Shown here in pieces: positions 1 through 13,704 of a stretch of 64,000 nucleotides of DNA. The notes under the pieces are model-generated. The model was not told the origin of the DNA. It made no database searches and worked only from the letters and a program-made list of their open reading frames with translations. A program made the translations under genes and the position numbers. Source of the stretch: Tubiluchus corallicola. Taxonomy: Eukaryota; Animalia; Priapulida. The stretch spans positions 1 to 64,000 of the forward strand of contig JAQGDQ010000716.1 in NCBI GenBank assembly GCA_030141605.1, written 5' to 3'. The first letter of the stretch is position 1; each line of letters begins with the position of its first letter.

Positions 1-644
1 ACCGGAAGGAAGGGGGGGGCGAAAAACCTCCAAAAATGGCCATTTTTCAGCCGTTTTTTTGCAAAAGTTATACGGCTGAGATGTAGAGAACAGGAACGGG
101 CCGAGGGGGGTACTGGCTATGAATAGATAGCCAGTTCAGCGGTGGGTGTCATAGGCCTATTTAGAATTCGCGAGAGGGCCACGGCGTCCCGTAACAGGCA
201 TTTTTCCGGACCCAACTCGCGATTTTTTTCGAAATTTTGACCAAACAGCCTGCGGGAAAAACGTTCTAGCGTCGCCCGATGGGACTCTCGGAAGGAGATA
301 TGGGGCTCTTTACAAAGAGGAAGGACATGGCTACACGATGATTGGGCTATATTTTAGGGCAGGTCCACCGAGAGGAGTACTGGCGAGTTAATTAGATGTT
401 CTATTTTCGGCAATTTTCACTTAGAAAACTGCTGACGCAAAGGCATTGTTGTGACGTCATCCATTGTACTCTACTCTGCTTATAACTTTAATTCAGCAAA
501 AAGCTGCAGGCTTTGTGTTAGTTAAACATACAGTAGGCAGGATGTTACGGGCTTTGTGTTATAAATGAGGACTAGGTAGGATGTTCGCGTATTATTGATT
601 ATACGTGTGTTTATACGCAAAATCTTTTGCGGGGCCTTTGCTAG
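1..644 (+). mobile_element. Non-autonomous Helitron, 3' part (5' end lies outside the window)
   Basis: Ends in hairpin CGCAAAA-TC-TTTTGCG, then GGGCCTTTG, then CTAG (641-644) followed by T. It is the reverse complement of the repeat at 2185-3019, 3020-3805, 4703-5486, 29841-30653 and 44876-45441. Confidence 0.8.
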
Positions 645-661
645 TATTAAAATAATAGTAG

Positions 662-848
662 ATACCAAGAATATTAATATAAGAGTATAGATGTAGATAT
701 AGATATAGATATAGATAGATAATAATGCCTACTGTATGCTTAACTAACGCAAAGCAGCTTTTTGCTGAATTAAGCCAGCAGAGTACAATGAATGACGTCA
801 GCACAATGGCATTGCGTCAGCTGTTTTCTAAGCGAAAATTGCCGAAAA
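662..848 (-). mobile_element. Helitron 5'-end stub plus internal fragment
   Basis: TCTATACTCTTATATTAATATTCTTGG on the minus strand at about 665-691, and about 120 bp of the family core (727-848) that stops abruptly at the duplicated block. Confidence 0.6.
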
Positions 849-1990
849 GTTAAGACCATACACGGGGTTTTAGACGTTACATTATTACCCTGTCTAACAG
901 CTGTCGTGCCTATTATAATGTTGCATTTTACATACATTAGAATGCAAATCCACGGCATATGATATGGTTCCAATATCATATTATTGTCAACCTATTTCTA
1001 AAACCTTAAAGCTGCCATATGAGTGAATATTATAAAATTGTGTTTTAGACGTAGCCATAAATTAAAGATAGAGTCTTATAGTGTATTACATCAAAATGAG
1101 GTAGATTATTCCATGTGCGCAAAAAAGATAAAAATCCATATTACAAACTTTTCCGAGTTTTCTAATAGTTCCTATGTTATGCTTGACACACGTGCTACTG
1201 TAATAAACGTTATACGAGAAACGAAAAAGTAGTTGTGCCAATATGTGTGAGCATATCATTGTTATTTAACAACTTATTAGCAGATAATAGCCACAGTCCG
1301 TCTTTCCCCAACTTCCAGTATATTTTGGATTTTCTCAAAATGCCTGTAACGTTCTGTTGAGTCTTAAGAAACAGTTGATGTGTGTGGTGCCCGAAGATGC
1401 AATTGTGGAAAAAACGAAGTAAAAAACTTTCAAGTGGACCTGATCAACTTCAGAGTTTTTGCTGCATTTCATACATGTTCATGAAAACCTGCTTTCCCTG
1501 AACAACGATTACATTGTTTGACATATTATTATACTAATGTGCTCCCGCATAATAGACTTTCTTGTAAAATAGCAGAAAGTCTTATGTAACACATTTGCTT
1601 TTGTAGACAAATTAATAATAGATTTTTGAACAAAAAGTGACAACTGCTTTGTTTGCACCATAACAAATTACACTACTAGGCTTTACTTGTGTTTCCCTGT
1701 GCCTGGAACAGAGAATTTCAGCTGTGCAGGTACCGTTGCCATTTGGCTTCACGTCTATTCTATTTTATGGAGAAACTGCAGGCTAAACATGAGCCACTCA
1801 CGGCTACCTCAACTCAGTCATGGTGTGCAGTCTGTAGAATGGGAGCCAATAATCGTAAATTACTTTCCTTTTAGCACATGTTGTAAGCGAGTAAAATTAC
1901 TACAGAACTCTTTTTCTACAATAGCCGCAGTCTTCAGCACTGTACGATAAAGTTACACAGATTCGTGCCATTTCCCGCGACACTCTCCAC
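845..1990 (+). repeat. ~1.15 kb inverted duplication of 26988-28133 (region upstream of DUF268 gene A)
   Basis: Near-identical reverse complement. The ORF track gives identical spurious peptides at 1023/27746, 1687/27028 and 1689/27104. Confidence 0.9.
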
Positions 1991-2957
1991 ACACCCTATC
2001 ACCCCACCACACCATCCATAGCACAACACACAAAGCACACCACCTCACGTGGTGATCATGATGTTGAAGATGATGGTGGCAACGATGACGACACCTATAG
2101 CACAAGCACCAACAGCACAGCATTACAACAAAACCATTCCAAACATTTTTCACAAAGTTGAAACTATGTGCTATAATATAATAAATAGCAAAGGACCCGC
2201 AAAAGATTTTGCGTATAAATACACGTGTAATCAATAATACGCGAACATCCTACCTAGTCCACATTTATAACGCAAAGCCCGTAACATCGTGTCTACTGTT
2301 TATTTATCTAACGCAAACCCGTAGCAGGCAGCTTTCTGCTGAATTAAAGTTATAAGCAGAGTAGAGTACAATGGATGACGTCACAACAATGCCTTTGCGT
2401 CAGCAGTTTTCTAAGTGAAAATTGCTGAAAATAGAACTCCTAATTAAACTCGTTGATACTCCTCTCGGTGGAGCTGCCCTAAAATATAACCCACACCATC
2501 GTGTAGCACTGTCCTTCCTATTACTGATGAGCCATATATCTCCTTCCGAGAGTCCCACCGGGCGCCCCTAAAACGTTTTTCCCCCAGGCTGTTTGGTCAA
2601 AATTACGAAAAAATCGCGAGTTGGGTCCGGGAAAACGCCCGTTGCGGGGCACCGTGGCCCTCTCGCGAATTCTATATAGGGGTATGACACCCATCGCTGA
2701 ACGGGCTATCTATCCATGCCCAGCACCCCCCTCGGCCCATTCTCATTCTCTACATCTCAGCCGTATAACTTTTGCAAAAAACGGCCAAAAAATGGCCATT
2801 TTTGGAGGTTTTTCGCCCCCCGTTCCTCGCGGTGGCCCCATTCGAAAAATAAACCCCCAATGAGACGACACTAGATCGAGACCTTTCGTTTGATATATAG
2901 ATCGCCGCAAATGGTGCCCTCGTCGAAGCTGTAGCCTCGAATCTTATATATAAATAA

Positions 2958-2994
<37 letters not shown>

Positions 2995-3019
2995 AAGAAT
3001 ATTAATATAAGAGTATAGA
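1988..3019 (-). mobile_element. Non-autonomous Helitron, extended variant with truncated extension
   Basis: 5' TCTATACTC... at 3019. The internal former 3' end reads hairpin+CTAT (2185-2188) and is followed by the CACCA/ATG-rich extension shared with 3806-4702. Confidence 0.75.
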
Positions 3020-3805
3020 TAGCAAAGGCGGCACAAAACATTTTGCGTATAAATACACGTATAATCAATAATACGCGAACATCCTACCTAGTCCTCATTT
3101 ATAACACAAAGCCCGTAACATCATGCCTACTGTTTGTTTAACTAACGCAAAGCCTGTAGCTTTTTGCTGAATTAAAGTTATAAGCAGAGTAGAATACAAT
3201 GGATGACGTCACAGCAATGCCTTTGCGTCACAGTTTTCTAAGCGAAAATTGCCGAAAATGGAACCTCTAATTAACTCATAGATACTCCTCTCGGTGGACC
3301 TGTCCTAAAATATAGCTCACATCATCGTGTAGCCCCGTTCTTCCTCTTTCTAAAGAGCTCCATTTCTCGTTCCTAGAGTCCCACCGGGCGACGCTAAAAC
3401 GTTTTTCCCGCATGCCGTTTGGTCAAAATTTCGAAAAAATCGCGAGTTGTGTCCGGGAAAACGCCTGTTGCGGGACCCCGTGGCCCTCTCGCGAATTCTA
3501 AATAGGCCTATGACACCCATCGCTGAACGGGCTATCTATCCATGCCCAGTACCACCCTCGACCCGTTCCCGTTCTCTACATCTCAGCCGTATAACTTTTA
3601 CAAAAAACGGCAGAAAAATGGCCATTTTTCGAGGTTTTTCGCCCCCGTTCCTCGCGGTGGGCCCCATTCGAAAAATAAACCCCCAATGAGACGACACTAG
3701 ATCGAGACCTTTCGTTTGATATATAGATCGCCGCAAATGGTGCCCTCGTCCGGGCTGTAGCCTCGAATCTTATATATAAATAAATATACCAAGAATATTA
3801 ATATA
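3020..3805 (-). mobile_element. Non-autonomous Helitron core copy in a head-to-tail array
   Basis: ~790 bp family core. Its 3' end (...CTTTGCTA) abuts the 5' TC of the neighbouring copy. Confidence 0.75.
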
Positions 3806-5486
3806 CTAGCCAAACCCCACAAAAAGAATTTTGTGCACAAATCAACACACAACCCACACCACACCACTCCACCTCATCACACCACACTGCACCACACCAT
3901 ACCACTCCACCTCATCGCACCACACTGCACCACACAATACCACCACACCGCACCGCACCACACCATACCACCTACACACCACACCACCCACACCATACCA
4001 CTCCACCACATCACACCACACTGCACCACACCATACCACTGCACCACCCACACACACCACCCACACCATAATACTCCACCACATCACACTGCACAGCACC
4101 ACACCATAACACCACACTGCACAGCACCACACCATAACACCACACTGCACCACACCACCCACCCACCTAAACACCACACCACCTACACCATACCACTCCA
4201 CTACATCACACCACACCACACCACACCATACCACTGCAGCACACTGCACCACCCATAAAACACACCACACCATACGACTCCACCACATCACACCACACTG
4301 CACCACACCATACCACTGCACCACACCACACCACACCATCCACACCATAATACTCCACCACATCACACCGCACTGCACCACACCATAACACCACACTGCA
4401 CCACAACACCTACCCACCCACACACCATGCCACCCACTCAATACCACACTACCCACACCACACCCCACACACCCTATCACCCCACCACACCATCCACAGC
4501 ACAACACACAAAGCACACCACCACCACACCACATCAAATCCGCCACCTCACGTGGTGATCATGATGTTGATGATGATGATGATGATGATGATGGTGGCAA
4601 CGATGACGACACCTATAGCACAAGCACCAACAGCACAGCATTACAACAAAACCATTCCAAACATTTTTCACAAAGTTGAAACTATGTGCTATAATATAAT
4701 AAATAGCAAAGGCCCCGCAAAAGATTTTGCGTAAAAAACCACGTATAATCAATAACATGCGAACATTCTACCTAGTCCTCATTTTTAACACAAAGCCCGT
4801 AACATCATGCCTACTGTTTGTTTAACTAACGCAAAGCCTGCAGCTTTTTGCTGAATTAAAGTATAAGCAGAGTATAATGGATTACGTCACAACAATGGCA
4901 TTGCGTCAGCAGTTTTCTAAGCGAAAATTGCCGAAAATAGAACTCCTAATTAACTCGTTGATACTCCTCTCGGTGGACCTGCCCTAACATATAGCCCACA
5001 TCATCGTGTAGCCCTGTCCTTCCTCTTTGCAAAGAGCTATATATCTCCTTCCGAGAGTCCCACCAGGCGCCGCTAGAACGTTTTTTCCGCAGGCTGTTTG
5101 GACAAAATTTCGAAAAAATCGCGAGTTGGGTCCGGGAAAACGCCCGTTGCGGGACCCCGTGGCCCTCTCGGGAACTCTAAATATGCCTACTACACCCACC
5201 GCTGAACGGGCTATCCATCCATACCCAGCACCCCCCTCGGCCCGTTCTCGTTCTCTACATCTCAGCCGTATAACTTTTGCAAAAAAGGGCCATTTTTGGA
5301 GGGTTTTTCACCCCCCCGTTCCTCCCGGTGGGCCCGATTCGAAAAATAAACCCCCAATGAGACGACACTAGATCGAGACCTTTCGTTTGATGTATAGATC
5401 GCCGCAAATGGTGCCCTCGTCGAAGCTGTAGCCTCGAATCTTATATATATATATATATACCAAGAATATTAATATATGAGTATAGA
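3806..5486 (-). mobile_element. Full-length extended Helitron (~1.7 kb) with two 3'-end signatures
   Basis: A|TCTATACTC 5' end at 5486, internal hairpin+CTAT at 4703-4706, outer hairpin CACAAAA-TTCT-TTTTGTG then GGGTTTGG-CTAG|T at 3806-3809. The insert is a degenerate (CACCA)n tract. Confidence 0.8.
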
Positions 5487-5517
5487 TTACTATTATAATA
5501 TATACTTATAATAATGT

Positions 5518-6530
5518 AAATACTTGTCTATTTCACCTGTGCAAAATCTATAAATGTAAGTGCCGCATTCTGTTTTCTTAAGTTCAGAGGTTGCTGGAGT
5601 TTGAGCACCAGATGGGACTTGTGTCCCAACTGTTTCGGTGCCAGTGTGAGGGAGTGACGAACCCTATTTGTAGATTCTCTTTTTCTGTCTTTTATGTTTA
5701 GCCAACTATTTGTTCCTTTCCGTTACAAAGATTCTTTCAAACATCAACATTTTAATTTTACAAAATTACCAAGTTAGTCAGGATTTTGGACGGATCTTAT
5801 GCTGCTTTTTCAAAGCTGGTCAATGTCTCCCAGTCGTTTGGTTCTCTAATCTCGTTTCCGGTATTCAAACCGCCATCTATCGCTCTCCGAAACCTCTGGT
5901 TCGAACTGTCTGAGGTTGTTACCATTCCCTGGTGGCAGGGACCTGACTGGAGAACGATATAGAACTGCAAAACTTTTTTGACCCAAAATTAGGATTTAAT
6001 ACCTAGTTTGTACCTGACCTTTTATTAGCGACTTTTAAATTTTCTTTACTCAATTCTGTTTCCTGTATAATTAGTTTACTTCACCTTCGCTCACAAAGCT
6101 GGGATGATTTTAAAGAAATCTTTCAATAGAACAAAACCCCCAGCTTGCCACCCACTTGAGACATGCTCTCTACACACGAAGAGGAGGTTAGTTGAAATGT
6201 GTTGAGCTGAGACGCGGTTCACGCCCTGCGCACAGAGAGCGATTTTAATCTTCAATAATCTCCCCAGGAATTCGGTAATAATGGAAAAAGCGCAGAAAAT
6301 AATGACCCCCCCTTTTGACCACTTGATCACAGACAAGCTCTCTGAACACAAAAAAGCAGCTTAATTATAAAACGTGCAAAGTATTTACCTGAGCGGCAGG
6401 TTGTTTCCTCGCACAAAGAAAGATTTTAATCTTCAACAATTTTCAAAAAAACGCCGATAATGACCACCGCTTTTGACCACTTGAGACATGCTTTCTGCAC
6501 ACAACAGAGCAGCTTAATAAAAAATCTTGT
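5518..6530 (+). repeat. Dispersed composite repeat with ~155-180 bp subunits; diverged inverted copy at ~35180-36453
   Basis: For example TATTTCACCTGTGCAAAATCTATAAAT (about 5530) matches the reverse complement at about 36415-36442. The subunit core is ATAATGACCACCGCTTTTGACCACTTGAGACATGCT. Confidence 0.7.
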
Positions 6531-6675
6531 GTGTTGCGCCCTCCCACTAACGGTAGTTTGCGCCCTCCCCCTAAAAATATGTGATAATCTGGTTGCATCA
6601 ATCAAGCAAATAAGCTTGATAATAGCATTCTTAATAACATTCTTTTTTTGAACTGGTACAACAGATTCCACTGCT

Positions 6676-7552
6676 AAAAATAGCACAGTAAAAGTGCGCA
6701 AATGGAAAAGTAGGTAAAAATGGCACAGTAAAAGTGCGCAAATGGAAAAGTAGGTAAAAATGGCACAGTAAAGGTGCGCAAATGGAAAAGTAGGTAAAAT
6801 GGCACAGTAAAGGTGCGCAAATGGAAAAGTAGGTAAAAATGGCACAGTAAAGGTGCGCAAATGGAAAAGTAGGTAAAAATGGCACAGTAAAGGTGCGCAA
6901 ATGGAAAAGTAGGTAAAAATGGCACAGTAAAAGTGCGCAAATGGAAAAGTAGGTAAAAATGGCACAGTAAAGGTGCGCAAATGTAAAAGTATGTAAAAAC
7001 GGCACAGCAAAAATTGCGCAAATGGAAAAGTAGGTAAAAATGGCACAGCAAAAATTGCGCAAATGGAAAAGTAGGTAAAAATGGCACAGTAAGAATTGCG
7101 CAAATGGAAAAGTAGGTAAAAATTGCACAGTAAAGGTGCGCAAATGGAAAAGTAGGTAAAATGGCACAGTAAGAATTGCGCAAATGGAAAAGTAGGTAAA
7201 AACGGCACAGTAAAAGTGCGCAAATGGAAAAGTAGGTAAAAATGGCACAGTAAAGGTGCGCAAATGGAAAAGTAGGTAAAATGGCACAGTAAAGGTGCGC
7301 AAATGGAAAAGTAGGTAAAATGGCACAGTAAAAGTGCGCAAATGGAAAAGTAGGTAAAAATGGCACAGTAAAAGTGCGCAAATGGAAAAGTAGGTAAAAT
7401 GGCACAGTAAAGGTGCGCAAATGGAAAAGTAGGTAAAAACGGCACAGCAAAAATTGCGCAAATGGAAACGTAGGTAAAAATGGCACAGTAAGAATTGCGC
7501 AAATGGAAAAGTAGGTAAAAATGGCACAGTAAAGGTGCGCAAATGGAAAAGT
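6676..7552. repeat. 39-40 bp tandem minisatellite, about 22 copies
   Basis: Unit AAAAATGGCACAGTAAAGGTGCGCAAATGGAAAAGTAGGT. Degenerate inverted copies lie at about 8240-8375. Confidence 0.95.
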
Positions 7553-7761
7553 ATCATCCTCTCACTCTCTTCCTCTCTCAATCCTTCTTTCCCTCCTTAT
7601 CTGCCTCACCCGTCTTCTCTCTCTATCTTTTTTCCCTCGTAAATTTCTCTCCTCGTTCTCTCCTGCCCTCCTTCTGTCTCTCCCCCTACTGTCTCTATCT
7701 CTTCCCGTCACACTTCTCTCTCTCTCTAACTTTCTTTTTTCCACTCACTTTTTTTCACTGT

Positions 7762-7870
<109 letters not shown>

Positions 7871-8384
7871 TTCTCCCATCTCTCTCCCTCCCCTTCATTC
7901 TCCCTCTCTTAATTTCTCGCTTTCTGCTTATTAATTATGTGCAATAATTTTGATTAATAATTTTTTTTTATTTTGCTTTGAAATTTTTTTTTATTTTGCA
8001 ACTTTCGCAAATGTTTTGCGAAAAAAAACAGCGAAAAGATAGCCATTTTGCTGCCCTATATTCCCTTCACCACAAGTTTTGTGGAAATTTGTTAGGTAGT
8101 TTCTGCGTAATTAGCTTACTGATAAAACAGACAACAAACAGACTGTGTTGAAGCATAACTTCCTTGTCAGAGGTAAAAATAACTAAAATAATTATTACCC
8201 ACTGTAACTCTAAACCTACACAACTTTTTACTAAAAGTTCCATTTTCTCCTGTACATATTTTCTTGTGCCATTTTTACTGTGCCAATTTTCCTGTGGAAT
8301 TTTTTTCCTTTACTTTTTTACCTACTTTTCCATTTGTGCCGTATTTCCTGTGCCATTTTTCATGCACCATTTTAGTACCACTCC

Positions 8385-8823
8385 AGAAGACTGGCGATAA
8401 CACGAACTTAAATAACTACAAACCAACATTCCTGCTACCCTTTTTTTCTAAGATACTCGAAAGATGTTTACACAATCAATTATACATATATTTAATCAAA
8501 AATAACATACTTAACAACAGTCAAGTTGGATTCAGATCAGGCCTTTCCACTGAGCTAGCTTTAATTAAAGTCTGTGAACAAATTGTTAATACTATTGAAA
8601 ACAATTCAATATCTGTTGGCATTTTCTGTGACTTGTCTAAAGCCTTCGACACCATTGACCATGACATACTGCTTGAAAAACTTTGTCACTATGGTATACG
8701 AAGAATTCTGAATTGTGGTTTAATAATTATCTTTCTGCAAGAAGCCAAATAATTACATGCAATAATTGTCTAGCCAGCCCTCAATCCATGATGTGTGGTG
8801 TACCACAAGGCTCCATTCTTGGC
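8385..8823 (+). mobile_element. LINE (CR1/L2-group) reverse transcriptase fragment, degenerate
   Basis: NYKP..LLPFFSKILER, QVGFRSGLSTELAL, GIFCDLSKAFDTIDHDILLEKL and, in a shifted frame, GVPQGSILG. It is cut off at 8823 by the duplicated block. Confidence 0.9.
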
Positions 8824-11272
8824 GTTTAGCGGTTTAATGTAAACACGGATTAGTTTTTCAGAATCGCATGGCCTTGGCTGCACAGACTTCGTTTTGTGCA
8901 GCGAAATGTAAACATTATCGGCGCCTACTTTAGGGTTAGTCGTGTTTTACCACCCTTCAAAAATTTAAACAATTACCAGTACTGTCATCTCGTGTTTCTA
9001 ATCATTAAAAGAATTAGATTACATTGTTATTACTATATCCTTATCTAGAAATTTATTTCAAACGAGACCCTGTAGTTGCTGGGCAAAAGTTACAGAGTAC
9101 TACACAATAATATTACGAAAGCTTTACCTAACTAATACCTTAACCATTAGACGACCAAGTTGGGTTAAAAATTACCTCAGCAATGTTTGCTCAGTTTTTT
9201 TTTATATTGATGAATACGACGAAAGTATAGTAGTGGTTAAATATTTTGCAATTTGTTATGCCATCATATTGGACTGAATTCGACTCAGGGGGTCGAACTC
9301 CAAGATGGCATGGCGGTCTTGATATTGCGCATCATGAAGATCCATTTTACTATCGTTGTGTAACTGATTACTTAAACTACAAATGTCAATTTTAATTACA
9401 AATGTTATGCTGATTAACTAAATCAATGCCTGTAAACTAGTACCTTTTACCTGTTATAGCACGTCATCTAAATCTCATAAATACACAAAAACTACACTGT
9501 ATGGAGTTTATTAACAGCACTAATAAAATAAGGAGCCAAAATACACGTGCACAAAAAACAACTAACTGACTCAGTAACAGCACTACACCCGAGGAGTACC
9601 TGTGTCAGAAAATCAAGTCTGTAGTGACCTCTACACGCTTTTATACTGGCATTCCAGGTCAGCTGGCTTCTCACACCACGTCTAGGCCCAAACAAGACGT
9701 CTGCACCTACAAGAAAGGGGTGAGTCGCTGCTGACGTGGAAGCAGGGCGTGTAGAGGCCCCTACACCTGACCCGACACAGGTGCCTCCGTAACAATATCT
9801 TGGCAATGTTGAAAACTATTATTCATACTTTTTTTTACAAAGTACGAGTGCCAAATATGGGTTAACCTGATGTGGGGTAACTTATTACGAGTTTGGTCTT
9901 GTATGTAGGCAAAATTTTACATTGCAGCGTTTTACATTCTGGCGGCATCACATTTTCTACTTTGATAATTGAGAAGCGCTGCAAACATGCAGCTGCAGCC
10001 TATAGCTCTGCAAAGTGATTTTCTAACGATCTATTGAGGAAATTTCACATTTGAGGGCATTCTTCATTTAAAAATATGGCTGCCACTTTTGCTGTAAAAG
10101 TACTTCAGCTTGAAGCTGATGAATATGAAATTTTAAGAAGGCACAGGAAGTGAAGATGAAGTGTGTGTGTCAGAATTAAACAGTAAACATAATTAATACA
10201 TTGGAAGAATTGTCAAAATGCTTGAGGTATCACGCACAAACAATTTATATATAGTGCGGTGGCAGAACGGTTTTTTCATACGTGTATATTTATATATTGT
10301 GTATAATTATTTAGCAATAACTACGCTTAATCAATTAGTCTGTTTAAAGTCAATTAGAGAATGTTATAAAGGATTTTGTCAATATGACAGTGTCATGCTT
10401 TACTAATTTGCAAACTTATCTAAAATTTTGTTTGTAATTTAAGTTCACTGATTAAACTGAGTCATTTATGAAATCAAATATGAAGTCAATTTTAGACTTT
10501 ACATTTTCATTTTGCACACGTCACGCACATCAGCAGTACTCCCGTTTTGATAGAATATTGCAATCTTTACTTTCATTCCACCAAAGCTACTCGTCATTAA
10601 AGACTAGTATGTACTTGAGTTTTCATTAATGTTTTCAAAATCTTGACAGGAAGTGATGCGTACGGTCAGTTTACTTCATCTTTGTCTCTCAAAGCTGCGA
10701 TGATTAGAAAAGAACTTAAAATAACACAAAAGGCCAAATTACTGACCACATGTGTTGCTCTCCCCACTCAAAGAGCAGCCTATAATGACTTTACAAATCC
10801 TGTGACGTGTTTGAGTTGAGTGCGCGGTTCATGCCCTGCGCACAAAGAAAGATTATAATCTTCAACAATCTCGCCTGGAGTTCAGTTTTGTTAAAAAAAA
10901 TGCTGAAAATAATGACCACCGCATAGGACCTATTGTGCCATGCTCTCTGCCCACAAGAAAGCAGCTTAATTATAGATCTTGTTAAGTATTTACCTGAGCG
11001 GCAGGTGGTATCCTCTCACACAAAGAAAGATTTTAAAAGTCTTCAACAATTCTGAAAAAGCGCGGATAATGACCACCGCTTTTGACCACTTGAGACATGC
11101 TCTCTGCACACAAGGAAGCAGCATAATTATAAATCTTGCTAAGTATTTACCTGAGCGGCAGGTTGTATCCTCTCACACAAAGAAAGATTTTAATAGTCTT
11201 CAACAGTTCTGAAAAAGCGCCGATAATGACCACCACTTTTGACCACTTGAGACATGCTCTCTGCACACAAGG
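8823..11272 (+). repeat. Direct segmental duplication of ~17521-19345
   Basis: Both copies begin CGTTTAGCGGTTTAATGTAAACACGGATTAG and stay collinear through the ~155 bp subunit array. This copy carries an extra 525 bp insertion. Confidence 0.9.
9270..9794 (-). mobile_element. Solo LTR (525 bp)
   Basis: TG...CA termini and a 4-bp target site duplication ATAT (9266-9269 / 9795-9798). It is absent from the paralogous site at about 17944. The minus strand has TATAAAA (about 9640) and AATAAA (about 9510). Confidence 0.8.
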
Positions 11273-11341
11273 ACCACTTCTATTTTACTTTTTAAAAACA
11301 TGTAATCTTTAAATCAGTTTATTTTAATGCGTTTTAGCACA

Positions 11342-11842
<501 letters not shown>

Positions 11843-12084
11843 GATTATTTTTAATGAATTTTACATGATAATCAAATACATCTTATAAATAAAAGATGAA
11901 ATTACTAAAAAATTAATTCATAATACATTTAAGACAATGGCACATTGACTGATTAAAAGTACATTGAATATGACAAAAAATAAAAAATAATAAAAACACA
12001 GAAAATTTAGTAAAATAATAAATGCAATGCCATAAAACATACACAATCGTAAAAAATACCAGATTATCTCAACCACAAAAGGCT

Positions 12085-12425
12085 TCATTAAAACAGTAAG
12101 TTTTCAGACTTTTTAAAATTATCAATTGACTTAATCAGGCGTAATTATAGGAGCGACGAGTTCCACAATTTGGGAGCAGCAGATTTGAATGATTTATCAC
12201 TGCATGTGATAAGTCTGCTACGTGGAACTTCAAGATTGCTTCTGTTTGAGCGAGATCTTCGAGGGAACGACATACAGTTTAAGAAAGTTTGATTTGTAAG
12301 TAGGAGCCAGACCATTGATTTGTTTGAAAGTTATCAAATTTATTTTAAATTTAATTCTGTAACAGGCAACCAGTGCAGTTGTCTGAGTAATGGGGTGATA
12401 AAATCAAATTTCCGACAGTGAGTCA
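12085..12425 (-). mobile_element. L2-type LINE ORF2 3' end, degenerate
   Basis: Minus-strand translation gives RKFDFITPLLRQLHWLPV...IKFKI...GLAPTY...SFKSAAPKLWN, typical of L2 C-termini. Confidence 0.8.
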
Positions 12426-12637
12426 TTAGCCTAGTAGTTGAATTGTCAATTCTACAGGTATCTTCATCAGTGTATTTATATAAATGAGGCTTTTCTTGGG
12501 CAGAAACAATAAAAACTTATTTGTATTATGTTCATTGTAGTTTCTTTCTCCATATATTGTGCATGAAACTATTGTAAACATGTAATGTGAAATAAATGAC
12601 TTATGACTAATATAATGTAAGTATAATATCTGTATTA

Positions 12638-12646
12638 ACACACACA

Positions 12647-12722
<76 letters not shown>

Positions 12723-13325
12723 CTCCACACACGCATCACATGCTCGCCACACACGGGCACCACACACACGCACCACACACGCATCACATATGCACCACAC
12801 ACATGCACCACGCACGTATCACATACACACCACACACATGCACCACACACACACAAACACACGCCACACACACACCACACACGCATCACATACGCACCAC
12901 ACACATGCACCACACACGCATCACATATGCACCACACACATGCACCACACACGCATCACATACGCACCACACACATGCACCACACACATGCACCACACAC
13001 ACACACACACATACGCCACACACACGCCACACACACACCACACACGCATCACATACGCACCACACACAGACACAGACACACACTCACACGCATGCATCAC
13101 ACACGCATCACATACGCACCACACACGCATCACATGCTCACCACACACGGGCACCACACACACGCACCACACACGCATCACATATGCACCACACACATGC
13201 ACCACACATGCATCACACACGCACACACACATGCACCCCACACACACACACACACACAAACACACACATGCACCCGCACCTGCGCACACACACGCACACG
13301 CACACGCACACACGCACCACACGGG
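12638..13325. repeat. (CA)n and compound CA-rich repeat
   Basis: Directly visible; it produces spurious His/Thr and Cys/Val ORFs. Confidence 0.95.
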
Positions 13326-13657
13326 CACTTAGAAAACCAATACCTAAACATATGATTGCCATTCAATAAACTTATTATGCCTGCAAAAGTCCAAAATTTA
13401 TGGCAACTTTGTTTTCAATTTTACCCTTGTGTTACTCAAGACCAGAAAGTCACCTGCCAAGGTAGCAGCCGCAATCTATCAATGTGAGGTATTCAAGCCA
13501 TAAATTACTCTTTCTAAGCCTCACAAACCATTCGACCAGCAAAATCGATAAAAGTAAATTTATAACACGAAAAAATTTATTGATCTATTATCTGTAATTA
13601 TTATGTAATCAACTGATAAAGTTAATGAAGGAATTAATAACAGAGGGGACAGAAGGA

Positions 13658-13704
<47 letters not shown>

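Noticed and set aside
2621-2863. Recurrent ORF MGPGKRPLR... (also 3447, 5027, 30250, 45282)
   Set aside because: It lies inside the non-autonomous Helitron core, frames differ among copies, and there are no Rep or helicase motifs.
3831-4546. His/Thr-rich and Val/Trp/Cys-rich ORFs (also 12426-13369 and 28806-29614)
   Set aside because: They are translations of CACCA and CA microsatellite tracts.
6676-7552. Regular ~40 bp repeats as a CRISPR array; long Phe/Cys-rich ORFs on the minus strand
   Set aside because: Units are contiguous with no unique spacers, there are no cas genes, and the context is eukaryotic. The ORFs are repeat artefacts.
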